From contig NC_092670.1 in the NCBI RefSeq assembly GCF_964355755.1, forward strand, positions 28,632,388-28,696,387: 64,000 nt of DNA. Reading direction: 5' to 3'. Position 1 is the first letter of the stretch; each line of letters begins with the position of its first letter. The notes under the pieces are model-generated. The model searched no databases, was not told the origin of the DNA, and saw only the letters and a program-made list of their open reading frames with translations. This document shows, piece by piece, positions 37,266-51,180 of the stretch. The position numbers were made by a program, and so were the translations under genes. The DNA is from Antedon mediterranea (lineage: Eukaryota > Animalia > Echinodermata).

Positions 37266-39427
37266 CCTGTACCTTGAAAAATATTAAACATGAGAATAAA
37301 TACAATTACATTGAAACAAAACAAATATTTGATGTTTGTATTTTATTTAATAATTTAAATTTACTATTGCATTGGTGTTTATTACTAGGAATATGTGTTC
37401 TATATGTTTCACAGTTAAATCATATCAGTCACTATGTACATCCTACGGTATAAACTTAGCATTATTGCTGCTGTATTTCCTGTCGGGAGAAACCATTATA
37501 CGAACAGTTGAAGCCATTTGTAATTATAAATGTTTTAATGTCGGGGGATAATTATTAACTCTAAATTTCAATTTTAGAGTTAATATAAATTTGTATTCAC
37601 CAAATTTATTTAAAAAAATAAAGAATAAATCTATTTTGATAATAAATAACTTGCCTATATATTTCTTATAAACCGTGATAATAATAGTACAGTCTAGTTA
37701 TAGTGCGCCACCAGTTGTTTCAGCCTCGCTATTTCGTAAGAAATCGTTGGAATATTTACCAACTTTAACGGTAATTCTCTACCAAACGCCAGGTATTTTT
37801 TTGTGGAACTTTTACTTTTTGTACTATTAGTATTTATTTAGAACAGTATATGTGGTAAAAAAGTATTATGCTTGATGAGGAACGGGATTGCTTTTCCAGG
37901 CATCATTTCAGCTTCGCCGTAAGGCCTAGACGTGTGTGTGAAAAAGAGTGTGCGAAGGCGAGGCAATTACGTGAATTGACCTAGAATCCTAGGCCTATTG
38001 TAGAAAGAATCGTATCGCAGTTTAGTCCAGTCCCTAAGGGGAAATGATGTTACCATAGTGGATACAAGTGTGCCCTTTGGCATGTTGATAGAACATGATA
38101 TGGAGATACCAAAACAAAGTTACTGGAAATCTGATTTGACCTCTGTGACCTCTGACCTCAATTTTTATATTTCTATCTTAAACAGCCATATCTCCGCAAC
38201 GGGTTTGACAATTGAAATGATATTGGTGTCAAATAGATCAGAGGGTACATATTTATATTCGCTCTAATAGAACTTTTTTCAAAAAAACGACCGGAAATGT
38301 AATTTCTCAATGTTTTGACCTTTGACCTCGGCTTACTATATCTCAATAACTACTGGTCAAAATTTCTTGAAATTTGTTTCAAATTGTTAAGAGCATACAT
38401 ATTTATATATACTCTAATTAAACATGTTCTTCCAAATCCACAGGAAATGTCATTTACTGACCTTTGACCTTTAATGTTTAAATATGTCTGTATCTCTGTA
38501 ACCAAATGTCATAAAAAGTTCAACTTGTTGTCAAAATGTTCAAAATGTAAACATTTATATTAGCTCTAATAGAAGATGTTATCATATTTTTACTGGAAAT
38601 GCCAGTTTGAGGTATGACCAGGATATACTGTTAAGCGTGCGTGTTTCATACTTATAATAATATACCTAAAATATAGATTTAATGGACCAGAACTACATTC
38701 AATATCCTATTTAGCCTTTTACAATTTTCTTAAAACTTAATGTTTAATTTAATTTCAATATATAATTCCATCGCATGGTAGGCCTACACCGTAAGAGCAA
38801 CACTTAATATCAACAAAAAATTTGATAAACTTAAAAGTTAAATAACATTTTAAAAAAAGAAAGAAAATCAGGATCTTAAAGAAAGAAAAGAAGAATTAAC
38901 CAATACGATTTGATACTCATAAAACATATGACCTAATTATCAATTAATTGCTTGAAGTATGCTGAAAAAATAAAATGTTTGAAACAGTGAGGAAAAAGCG
39001 AAGAAAAGAAAAACATATGTTTAAAATATTAGAAATCTGAAAAGGATCAAAGACAAATTAATTACAAAGTTGATTTCTTTTCAAGAACATACTGTAGTGG
39101 AATATAAAAGGAAAACAAACCAGTGAGCAGTCAAAATTACCATCTTGGCTTGATGAGGCAATAACACATCCAGCTCATAACACTATACAACAAAATCTTT
39201 GAAACCAGAAGAAATTAAGAGAAGCAATAATAATTATACTTTAATCCACAAAAACATGACAAAACTGACATCAACCATTACCGACCAAACGAACATTATA
39301 ACATGTACACAAAAATTTACAAAAGTAATCAAAAACCAAAATCAGAGACCGACTAGAAGTAAATAAACCAATATATAAGGCTTTATACAGTAGGACCATC
39401 TTATACAGTTTGTCAATCAACTAAAAT

Positions 39428-40260
39428 AACAAGGCCAACAGCCATTAAGTCGCGTGCTACAATGCATAGTGATACCGGACCGACAGACAGACCGACAGAC
39501 CGACAGACAGACCGACAGACCGACAGACAGAGAGAGAGACCGACCGACCGACATAGTGAACTATACTGACCGAAATTACTGAACATGTTTAAAAATATTG
39601 AAATGTTTAAAAACATTTATTTTTTTTAAATTTACACGTGCGTAGCCTGTCACTTTCGACGTGCTCGTATAACGTAATTTCGAGTTGAAAAGTAAGTCAA
39701 GAAAACAGAAATCGGGAAAAAAAAAAGCGCAATAACATTTAACGCGCAGTGCGCGCGCAAAAATATGCGCACTCATGGCAATTTTGTAAACGCTTAAAAT
39801 TGCCTGAAATGTACTCTTATTTCATCGAAAATAAATTTTGAAAATGTTAAGCGCGCGTACGCATGCGTTACATGCGCTACGCACGTAATTGTATTGCCAT
39901 ATGATGATTTATGCCCTGAAATTTATGAGTACCAAATTTTATTTAATTGTGATTCATGGTTGTGAAGATATGATTACAAACGTGATTTCGTTAAATCGTG
40001 CGTAGACCGCGTAATTTTTTATAGCGCACCGTGAAAACATAACCACATTGATTCCTGGCCATAAGGAATATACTGTGAAAAATTGACCTAGCTAGATTAA
40101 ACTGATATCAAGATAAGGTCAGAAAGCGATAAAACGCATAGTGATACCGGACCGACAGACAGACAGACAGACAGACCGACAGACAGACCGACAGACAGAC
40201 AGACAGACAGACCGACCGACCGACATAGTGAACTATAGAGTCGCTTCCACGCGACTAAAA
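39428..40260 (-). mobile_element. Helentron/DINE-1-like non-autonomous element
   Basis: Sub-terminal inverted repeat AGTCGCGTG/CACGCGACT, GTCG/GTCT microsatellite, terminal GGCCTTG, T-run flanks, no TSD. Confidence 0.75.
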
Positions 40261-40289
40261 AGGAAATGAATATCACCAAATCTTTGATT

Positions 40290-40500
40290 TAGAGATTATT
40301 AGAGAAAGAGAAAGCATTTGACTCAATAAAACAGGCATTACCATATATTAGAGGGAAATATTATACCTCAACAAATATTGATTACGATCGTTCAAAGAGA
40401 AGTTAAGAAAGATTAGTAAGACAAGGCAACACTTAAGATCTTCACTGCATTTGAAGAGGTGTTTAATCAAAGAGCTAATCTAAAAAATAGAGTAAATATC
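40290..40500 (+). pseudogene. Heavily decayed reverse transcriptase remnant (RTE-like)
   Basis: Short translatable relics EKAFDSI, VRQG, KIFTA..EEVF in the expected order. Confidence 0.4.
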
Positions 40501-40907
40501 ACTTTAAAGACAAAATAAACAGTTAATTTAACCAAAATCACATTGACTTCCAGCCTATTTTTTGCTTTGAATTACAGTTTTTTTGGGTATGCACTATATC
40601 ATGTTTTTTCAATCCAATTTTTGGTGAAACTATTATGTGTGACATTAAAATTGCATATTCAACAAAAATATTTGTCAAAATTACTTTTGTCAGGGGGAAA
40701 ATAAGTATATCTTTAATAGCATGTGATATTATTAGCAAATATTTCAAACGTAGTTTTAAAACTTTCCCATTACAAACAATTGCCATAATTCTGATAACAT
40801 TACAATACACCCATCCTCTGGGACTTATTTTCAAATGTAGCTAAAAACTTTCCAGTACAATTCCGGCCATTTTGATGTGTATAGATGCATGCAGTAGCAT
40901 TGGAAAA

Positions 40908-41162
40908 GCGAGAGAGGGGGAGGTGGTTGGGGTGATGGAGAGACACATATTTTTTACATGTTTGTCTACACTATAAACTAGTTTAACAAAAAAGGTGTGA
41001 TGTGCCCAAATATGGTAGTGATATGTCATTCATCGTGTCCATATATGGGCACATCACATTTTTTTGTCGCATAAAAATGTTATAGTGTAGACAGAGTTTA
41101 AGATTTGTGTAACATGTAACAAAAATATGTGTCTCTCCATCCACCCCAACCCCCTCTCTCGA
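40908..41162. mobile_element. Small foldback/MITE-like palindrome
   Basis: GAGAGAGGGG...GAGAGACACATATTTTT pairs with AAAAATATGTGTCTCTCC...CCCCTCTCTC; inner GTGATGTGCCCA/TGGGCACATCAC. Confidence 0.5.
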
Positions 41163-42115
41163 TCTCTTTTTATAGATTATTAATTGCTAAATATATGCAA
41201 AACGATGGGTCATAGCTCAAAATGACATTTCCAATTGAATTCTGACAAAATATTTTGTTAGAGCAAATATAAATGTGTATATTCTAAACAATTTGACACC
41301 AAACTGAACTTTTTAGGACAAATAGTTACCGAGATATTGACATATTCAAACATTAGAGGTCAAGGGTCAAAAAAGCTTAATTTATGGTAATTTTTTGAAA
41401 AAAGTTTCTATTAGACTAAATATTAGATTTATTTTCTTAACATTTTGAGCCCATTCTCAAATCTCTGAGATTGCGTGTTATTGAGATATTAGGCAATCAA
41501 GGTCAAAGGTCAAACTGAAAAATAAAGCCTTTGCGGCCATTTTTGTACAATTTTTTTCATTATAGCGAATATAAATATATATCTTCCAAGCATTTTGAAA
41601 AAAAAATAAATGTAAAATGTCCATGCGTTGTCAAGATATGGCGATTTTTAGTTATATAATAGAAAAATATAAAAATTGAGGTCAGAGGTCACAGAGGTCA
41701 AATCAGATTTCCAGTAACTTTGTTTTGGCATCTCCACACTATACTCTACCAAACTGCTATACTGAAAAATTTGTATCCAGTCTGGTAACATCCCACCCCT
41801 TTTTCTCCCCTTAGGGACTGGACTAGTTGTGTAAATCACTTCTTGTTGCTATACGCTTGGGTGCACACGGAACAACAAATTTAACTTAACTGATGAATTA
41901 TTCATGTTTATTTTGTGACGTTTCATGAGGGGTCCCCAACTTATGTACGAAAAAAAAAATCGCGTCCCGGACCCCTACCTAGGTGACCAAACAAAGGAAC
42001 AGGATACACATTTGCCTTGCCACAGACGACCGGGTGCTCAGAGACAACAACCAAGACAGAGGCACCCCAAAGATAATGCTGGTCAGGAAAAAGTATGCTA
42101 TAAAATTCTAGAACT

Positions 42116-45080
42116 TTAAGAAACCTCGTGATTTCCATATGCCTTAATGAATAAATGTGTTTTTAATAATTTTTTAAAAGTATCAAGAGTTTTGCAAAAT
42201 CTTATAGAGCTCGGTAGAGCATTCCATAGACGAGGAGCAGTAACGGTGAAATCTCTGTCTCCCCATGAGTGGTGAGACTTAGGTTGATGTAGAAGCAGCG
42301 TATCACTAGAACGCAGATTCCGTCTGGGAACATACAGCCTAAGCATGTCAGAAATATATTCAGGAGCCATGCCATTAATAGACTTAAAAACAATGCGGTA
42401 CCTAACAGGAAGCCAATGCAAAGTTTCCAAGGTATTTGATATGTGTGCATAGTTTTTTAACAACTCGTGCCGCTGTATTTTGAATCAGCTGAAGCCTGTG
42501 GAGTTGTTTTTGTGGGAGACCAAATAACAAGGAGTTACACATATCGAGACGCGAACTAACAAATGCATGTACAAGTTGCTCAGCAGCTGCACGATTTAAG
42601 TATTTTCTGATGCCTCGAATATTTCTTAAATGATATGACGATGCAGACGTAATTTTAGAAATATGAGCCGTCATTGTCATATTAGAATCCAGAATTACAA
42701 GATTTCTAACTTGTGTAGTATTTTTAGTACAAAAGTTACCAATGGAAACCCTCCTAGATGGAATTTTCTCTAATTGTTGTTGAGAACCAAATAGAATGTA
42801 CTCAGTCTTATAATCATTAAATTTCAAAACGTTTTTGGCCATCCAGACACGAATTTCAGAGATACATTTTTCAAGCAAATCAATTGATAATTCACTCTGT
42901 GTCATGTTAGGTTTAAACGATATATATATATGAGTGTCATCAGCGTAAACATGATAGCTAAGATTATATTTCTTAATGATATCACGAATAGGATATACAT
43001 AAATTGTAAACAATTGTGGACCTAACACAGATCCTTGCGGAACAGAGTAATTTAAAGTGGTAGGTTGAGAGATTACCTCTCTAATACAAATGTGTTGAGG
43101 TCTGTCCTCCAACTATGATTGACACCATCTTAGTGCACATCCCTCAACACCAATAGAAGCATGCAACCTCTCAGTCAGAATACTATGATCTACCGTATCA
43201 AACGCAGCACTCAAATCAAGTAAAATTAAAGCAGTTACTTTTCCAACATCCATCGCATGAAGTATATCATTGCTAACGCGCAGCAGTGCAGTTTCAGTAC
43301 TGTGATGTACTTTATACGCTGATTGAAACGGGTCAAGTAAAGAATTATCCTTTACATGTGATAGTATACGTTTAGATACCACTTTTTCCATTACTTTTCC
43401 AAGAAAACACAGATTTGATACTGGTCTGTAATTGGATAGCTTTTCAGGATCAAGACCCGATTTCTTTAATTGAGGACGTATGTGCGAGATTTTACAAATA
43501 TCTGGGAAAACCCCAGTTTCCAAAGACAGATTAACGACACGTGTAATTAGTGGAACAAAAACAACAGCATTTCTCTTAATTAACAGAGTAGGAACTGGAT
43601 CAAAACTGCAAGATTTAGCAGGCGAGTTTTTGACAATTTCAAAAATTTCTTTTTCACTTGCAGGTTCAAATTTACAAAGGGAGGGACAATTATAATTTTC
43701 ACAGCATACGTCGTTATTAAAGTAATGAGACAAACTTCCAGCACTATCTTTAACAAGAAGTTTACGAATATTAACAATTTTATTTTTTTTAAATACGTAA
43801 AATCTTTCTGCAAGCAATTCATCTGAGTGAGAAAATGGAAGCACAGACGATTTAGAACAGTGTAAAAGATTGTTTACAACTTTAAACAGCTTCTTCTGAT
43901 CACCTGAGCAATCTTCGACCAGATCAGAATAATATTGTTTCTTAGCACTTTCAACAAGCATATTAACAATACACCACTGATGACAATATTTCTGTCTATC
44001 TAATGTATTTTCTGATTTCATCCATTTTCTCTCAAATACGCGACGGAGTATTCTCGCAGATCTAATTTCATCATTATACCACGGTTTTGAAGAATTTAGT
44101 TTGATACATTTTGTTTTTAAAGGTGCGTGTTGATCCATAACTTCTCTTAAAGAGCAGTATCTTTCAATATTTTCTTGCAAAGTACCATCATGCATATCAG
44201 ACAACCGAGCTTGTATGTCATTTGAAAATATTGTTGTATCAATACTGTTTATATTTCGGATTTTAATTTTAGATTTAGGAAGAGGTGGTTTCTTGAAGTC
44301 GAGACTACAAAGTATAGAAAAATTATCAGAGATACCCGGTTTTACAGTGATCCCCGAGATCAGAGAAACATCTCTAGTAATAATGAGATCATGACAATGA
44401 CCACCATCATGCGTAGGTTCATTTACATGCTGTATAAAATTGAAAGACTGCAATAGACGATTAAATTTATTTGCAGCGATATTCTCATTTTCATCAATGT
44501 GGATATTAAAATCACCACAAAAAAATTACTTCTGATGGAATAATGAGATAATCAAAAATCATATTTTCAAATTCATTAAGAAAGTCGGTGAACTCGGTGG
44601 TCTATAGATGCATACAATATAAATTGTTTTTGAACTTAATGTAAACTGTAAATGTATTGATTCAAATGAAGAATAAACATTTACATCATTTTTCATATTA
44701 ACACTTAGACTAGATTTAAATAAAATTCCAACCCCTCCACCAATTTTATCCAATCTAGGAACATGTTTGAAACAATATCCAAGTGGAGTTATGTTTCCAA
44801 TGGAGAGGTTGTCATCAGGTCGAATCCATGTTTCAGACACAGACACGATATCAATGTCATTACTAACAACAAAGTCTGTGAATTCATCACTTTTGTTACG
44901 CAATGAACGAGCATTTAGCAAACAAAATATAAATGACGAATTTGCAGAATTTGAATTTAATTTTTGTATGTAGGTTTTCGTGGATTTATCAGCTGTCGTA
45001 CAAGTTCCAGGTACTTGAACCACTCTTTTCTTTCTTTTCTTGCATCGATTTTTATAGTCCCTTGTTGATGATTGACGCAT
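42116..45080 (-). pseudogene. LINE copy 2 ORF2 (APE + RT), disrupted
   Basis: ORFs 44559..45080, 43113..44453, 42402..43112 and 42116..42463 with PQGSVLGP and YADD. Confidence 0.95.
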
Positions 45081-46185
45081 TCTCTCTGACGAATTGATTG
45101 GTACTGATTTGAGAGGAGAAAAAATGACGGAGGTGGACTCATCGCCGACTCACTACTTATGTGATCAATAATGTTCTTCGCCAGAGTACTTGTTCCTCGT
45201 GGGCTAAGATGAACTCCATCAGAAGATAGTTTCATGAATGGAATATTTGTATTATCAATAAATCCCCAGCCATTCTCTTTGCATATGAGTTTCATATGGT
45301 GATTTGCTCTCTCTACATCATCATCGCATTTCGAGACTGTCTGGTTGCGTCGGTGTATGATGGAGGAAACTGTGCACTTTATAGGCTTCAAGGTTTCACA
45401 CAGCGATGTCGTTTTTGAGGTCAAAGTGTCTGAACTGTCATTTCTATTGTTAGTTCCCACATGAACAATCACTCTTTCAACACCATGTTTTACTGCAAGA
45501 CGCTTGGCACAATGCGCGAGGTCTTCTATTTTTGCACCACGCATAGTGTGGCATATCACCTTTTTTTCAGTAGAATTACTTAATCGTTTGGGACGAAGAT
45601 GTTTAATCATTGAATCGCCAATAATCAGAACGTCAGCTGGAATTGTGTAATCTTGAGTACTAGCAGTTTTATCAGCAATTTTTTGTGTGTCGCTTAGTGC
45701 TTTATGTTTATTACGGTATTTATGTAGCTTTAGTTGATAAGAATCAACTTTTCCAGTACTCTTCGTTACATTATCAGTAGGGCTAGTCGTGTCCAATGCG
45801 TTATATAGAGTGTCAATTAGCTGCTCAGAATAAGTCCGAGAATCATCGATAACTTTACTGTCACAATTTGGTTCTACATAAGACCGATTTTGTTTCGGGA
45901 GGTCCAATGAGGTCAGATGTATAGACTGTTCTTGAGGAGAGGAACATCTATCGTGCAGACCAAGTTGGGGACAGGTTTTATGTTGAGTAACACTATGCCC
46001 CTTCACAGTAATAAAGTCAGATGTGTCAATAGCAACTTGGGTTATTTTTGCATCGTATGCTTCATCTTTGGCTTTAGCAGTATCTTTATGAGCTGAGATA
46101 AGTATATCGTGTAGTTTTGTCACTTCCTTATCTTTTTGCTGCAACAGTTGTAAAGTATGCTGCAAATGTGTTACATCGGACTTAA

Positions 46186-49100
46186 GAGCCATTGTCTGTA
46201 AGAATCAAAGAAATATCAAAAAGAGTGGCAGACTAAAAAAAAATGGATTTCTTTCAAATTTTGCACATGGCTATATACGTGTTGAGAGAAATCAAATATG
46301 AAGTATTTTTTATTTCACACGTATATTTCCATGGCAACGGCCAAATTTGTGTTTTTGACAAATTTTGTCCTTTTTTAAGGTTTTTTAAAATGGATATTGG
46401 TACTACTTTGATGAACGATATTTTTGTGTTGTACATTTAATTATAAAAAATAATTAGTGTATGCATAATAACAATGCATTGTGTACCTGTTTCAAATTTT
46501 TTTATTTTTTTTTTATTTCATACCTTGGGAGATACCATTTATTTAAAAAGGGGTGTTTTTCACTTTTTTTAAATTGTTCAATGCAACTAAACTTTACTTC
46601 ACCATAACGCCCAAAGTGGTGTATTTTTTTAGCTAATTTATTACAAATAGGTAGTTCTAATGTTTAATAATTGATTTCTAAAATAAAATACTGGGGTAAA
46701 TTTAAAATCTACAAGCAGTGTTGCGAGAAACATAGGCATTTTTATAAAAAAAAAAACATGGTATATTAGTAAAAACATTTTATTTTCTTTGATTATTTGA
46801 TTTGAAACTCATTGGTCAGAAAATTCTTAATGTTTTATATAGTTCTAGTTGTGTTGTGAGAAAAAAAATTAATTTTTAATTATAGATTCTGTAATTCCCA
46901 GTTTTAATGTCATTTTATAGGTTATATCCTCTGGAAATTTGAATAAATTATCAGATCGTTGTGAATTTTAATCTTTGCAACAGATTACTCCTCTCTTATT
47001 TTGAAGCTCCTCTTTCATTTGTTTACTTCTTTTATTTGCTAACCTAAGCAGATCCCACATGCCCATCCACCACCACTTTCGACTACCACCCCCCCCCCCC
47101 CCCCGACTATAACCACAAAAAGATAAACTGCAACACTTTGGTCGATCATCCACTATAGAGTGTCAAATGCATGCATTCAAGCACCACTCACACTGCCGCT
47201 ACTATCGCCCCAATGAATAGACGGATTCAAACTCCTCCATCCCATCCCCTCCCCCTTTCTCCAAGCCCCCACCCACCCCAAGTTAAAAATTGCAATGCAA
47301 AAGATAGGACATAAAGTTAAGTTTTAGACCCTCGCCTTCAACCCCCTACCTATTTAAAAGTCCTGGATCCACCACTTTCCCCGCCCCAAAATAGAACCAA
47401 TCAAAAGTCAATGATATACTCAGGTATGTTAATGCTACATAACAAATATTGAAGCCCTGATTTGAAATTTCATTTCATTTAAGGTCAGCATGTAAAATAT
47501 CACACTTTATTATTAAATATTGGTTTTAAATTCTATATTTTTTTTACTGTAATGGTTGGATTCAGTATTAATTATTAATTAATAATTATCTGATAATTAT
47601 TTAATTTCCCTTAGTTATGCATAGCAGTTACTATGGTAACTAAAAATGAGATATTCTTTAGATTTTGCATATTTATCTCATACAAATTTAAATTTGTAGA
47701 TTATTAGCAGGCATGCCTTATTTGCATTTTCAAATTACCGTTTCACAAGGTCATATTCGTAAGCACTTTCTTCTGTGATTATTTTTAGTCATGAAAACCC
47801 CATATTTTATTTGCAGCGGCCTCCCTTAACGGACGCACTTTGAAAAGCCTGTTTGTTCTTCCTATCTAATTAGTGCATTTGGTGCTTACCGTAAGCAGCT
47901 GCGGGCACCTTTTTATACTAAAAATGAGATTTTTTGTAAGCGGCCAATCGAAAAATGCGATACTTATTGCATGGACCTATGAATTAGAGGGGCATGTTTA
48001 TTGTATTTCTTTATATATTAGCTTTATTTTGAAGAGGTTTTAAAAACATTACTGTGAAGAGATGAGAAAACTACACAGATTTTGACCGACCATTTTTCAT
48101 ATGATAAAAGTTTTTAAAATTTGTCTGAAAATGCTAAAAAATACTAAACCACCTGATTATAAATAATAATAGGCCTACAATTAGCTGGAAAATTGAGAGA
48201 CTCGTTTCGTTAAGAATATCGTATATAGCCATAATAAGTGATTTTGGCCCTTTATCGGCAGAACCTCCCGTAAGGGGTCACCGCCCGTAAGCGGCCACTT
48301 TTCCAGGTCCCGAGTGTAGCCACTTACGGGAGGTTCAACTGTATTTAAAAAAACAATTATCCTTAGTTATGCATAGAAACAGGTTCTAAGATAACATAAA
48401 TAATACATTTTGACATAACTTGACCCAACAAATGACCCTTTCACAAGGTCAGACATTTTCTGGGATTCAGTAGATAAGTAAATTTGGGAAAAGGTAGTAA
48501 AGCTATGTAATTAATTGTTTGTAGTCATGAAACCCCATATTAAAAATATTGTACTTATTTACGTATAGAAACAGTTGCTACAATACACTATAGGTAAAAT
48601 GTTGATGTCATTTGACCTCAATATGTAAACAATTTTTTTTTTCATGAAACTCCATATTTAATTTTTTTTTTTTAATATCATTTGCTACGTAAACAGGTTT
48701 AAGATAAAACTAAAGGTCATTTTTTTTACCTTTATTCAGATTCGTCAAGACTTTCTTTCTGAGATTATTAGGATTCAGTATTTAAAGTAAATTTGGCAAA
48801 AAGTAGAAATGTAAAACTATATGTAGAAAAAATGTTTTTTATTTATGAAAAACCCCTTATTTTTTTTTAAATTTTCGCATAGAAACAGTTACTATGGTAA
48901 AATGTTGACCTCAAAATGAATGAATTTACAAGGTCAAGTTTGTCATTAATGGAATGCAGTAGAATTAAAATTGAGAAAAATTACAAATGCAATCAATTCT
49001 TTATATTTATAAAAACGCCATTTCTTATGTTAAAAAAAAAATTACTTTCCTTAGTTACACATAGAAATGGTTGCTAAGGTAACACTATAGGTAAAATATG

Positions 49101-50083
49101 AACATTGTTGAGAATTGTTATGAACTATCTTGTAAATTTTGGTCAAACATTAATATTTGTAGTAAAGTGGGGACCTGTCCTGTTTTGCATTCTGACCCCT
49201 TTTGACCTCAAATGACCTATTTACAAGGTCAGATTTTTTGGGAGGTCTTTCTGTATCTCTTTACACAAAATAGATTTAAAAATTTATAAAAACCATTGAC
49301 GCAATTATTTCCAAGTTTAACATTATTTTCCATCAACTACATATTTCAATGCAAAATACTGTTTTTCTGGCAATTAATTGAAATAAACCTGGCAACACAT
49401 TCTCCTATTTTATCTAAACTATTCGTATGACTCTAGTAGCATTATGACAAGCCACATATACATTTTATTATTGGATTAGCCATATTTAAATTGTGTTTCA
49501 TGTGTTTTGTTTGTTGATATTTTCTTATATTTTTTGTATTTTTCGTATTTTCCTGGCAACACAAAACCTATGTACGAAATTTACCCCAGTATTTTTTTCG
49601 TGATTATTGTTGACAAACCTATTGACTATCAAATTGAAAAACCTCATTGATTTAAAAACACCACTTTGGAAGTTATAGGTACGTTTATGAGGTATACTTT
49701 TATAAAAAAAATATTTTTTAAAAACACCCCTTTTTAAAATAATGGTATCAACCAAACTCCATTTTGTAATTAATTTTTTTCTACATTAAATGGAACTCAA
49801 TACATGTTGTTTACACTGCTATAAACAAAAACTGTATACTGTAAGTATTTTTGGTTAAAATAAGTATACAAGTTTGTACTTTTTCACTATAGAAAATCTG
49901 TGAAAAATGGCAAAAACATCAAAATTTGGATAATTGACCGTTGTCATGGCAACGGAAGCTAAAAATTAAAATGAATGTTGTAGATATGCTTTTTATTGAA
50001 ATGTCTATTCATGGTAAAAATTTGAGAGAAATCCATTTTTTTACATCTGCCACCAAATCTTTGATTTTTACAGACAATGGCTC
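46186..50083. mobile_element. Non-autonomous DNA transposon with TTAA TSD and GA...TC termini (Kolobok-type)
   Basis: TTAA|GAGCCATTGTCTGTAAGAATCAAAGA ... TCTTTGATTTTTACAGACAATGGCTC|TTAA; a single TTAA at the empty site in copy 1 (near 23994). Confidence 0.88.
48262..48343. mobile_element. Single pogo/Tigger-like MITE terminus
   Basis: ...CCACTTACGGGAGGTTCAACTG|TA with repeated CCCGTAAG motifs; decayed homologue at about 58150-58220; the other end was not found. Confidence 0.5.
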
Positions 50084-50919
50084 TTAAGAGCTTCGAATTT
50101 AATATTTATATTCTGTTTGAATTTTCTATTTTCTTCCTTGTAGGGATTTAACCTCTTTTTTAAATTCTTTAAGCTCACGTCGAATATCTTTTACATCTTC
50201 AAACAAAATAGCACAATCATTGTTTTTAGCTAGTAATTTATCTTTCAGGACTCTATTCTCATTTTCAGACATTTTAATTTAAAGTTCGAAGTTTTCTTTT
50301 AGCAAATCAGATAGATACATTCAGTATCTATTTTGTTACTTTCAATAGCTGTATTTACTTCAGCATCATTGACTTTAGTTGCATCAGTACATTCTAAGTC
50401 ATTGCACACATTCGCTGAGATATTTTTCGGCTTTTTCAACACTAAAAAATGATTGGAATAAAGCTCCGTGATAGCCATCAGTGTTTGATTGGCATTCCAG
50501 CCAGGATAATTATATACCTGGTTATTTCCCGACAGCAACAGCATAAACCTTTTTCTTCTTAGTTTTCTAAGATTTAATTAGTTTTTCAGCCATTTCTATG
50601 TGTTGCATTGTTGCATTAGACATCTCGCTATGCAGTGGTATTTGTACGATTTCAATGGACAAAAGAAGACAATAGAAAGTACTGTTGCCTAGCACAACGA
50701 CGCCTCGCACTGATTGGCCGATTAGAAGGCAGAAAAGACGCGGTACGATCGTTTGAGGTCCCAGCAATGAAAAGGGCCAAACTAACCCTGTATAGATCGT
50801 ATGGTACAACTTTTTTTCCTATCCGTCGGCTTAGGCGTTGAAGTAAGAGATATCTTTCAAGTAGCGTACTGGTTGCGCTTCATTGTTCCTAGATTGCATT
50901 AACCAAATTTCTTCGATTT

Positions 50920-51142
50920 ATCTCTCTCTCGCTGATCTATCTCTCTCTCGCTGATCTATCTCTCTCTCGCTGATCTATCTCTCTCTGGCTGATCTATCTC
51001 TCTCTCGCTGATCTATCTCTCTCTCGCTGATCTGTGTCTCTCTCGCTGATCTGTCTCTCTCTCGCTGATCTGTCTCTCTCTCGCTGATCTGTCTCTCTCT
51101 GGCTTATCTGTCTCTCTCTCGCTGATCTGTCTCTCTCTCGCT

Positions 51143-51180
<38 letters not shown>

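Larger units (their letters stand above)
38023..41825. mobile_element. Non-autonomous TAG...CTA element with 3-bp TSD (GTT), Academ-type termini
   Basis: TAGTCCAGTCCCTAAGGGG / CCCCTTAGGGACTGGACTA; internal inverted repeat 38100-38175 vs 41660-41736. Removing it restores the outer element's right TIR. Confidence 0.88.
34414..41966 (+). mobile_element. Long-TIR DNA transposon carrying a truncated Academ-like transposase, inserted in the LINE 3' UTR
   Basis: TIR of at least 140 bp (GACGCGATTTTTTTTTTCGTACATAAGTTGGGGACCCC...). GTCCCGGAC occurs at both junctions and once at the empty site in copy 1 (about 28927-28935, reverse complement). Confidence 0.88.
44957..50623 (-). pseudogene. LINE copy 2 ORF1 (coiled-coil + SGNH esterase), interrupted at 46186-50083
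   Basis: 411-aa ORF with GDS, GTN and DGVHL; N-terminal part at 50084-50623. Confidence 0.9.
34254..50919 (-). mobile_element. Same-family LINE, copy 2, inverted and split by two DNA-transposon insertions (pieces 34254-34416, 41964-46185, 50084-50919)
   Basis: Reverse-complement match to copy 1 from the (AAT)n tail to the 5' UTR; 5' end about 26 bp longer than in copy 1. Confidence 0.95.

Noticed and set aside
46186-50083. piggyBac, or hAT with 8-bp TSD CTTAAGAG
   Set aside because: The ends begin with purines (GAG), not CCY, and the 8-bp reading leaves asymmetric termini; TTAA with symmetric GAGCC...GGCTC fits better.
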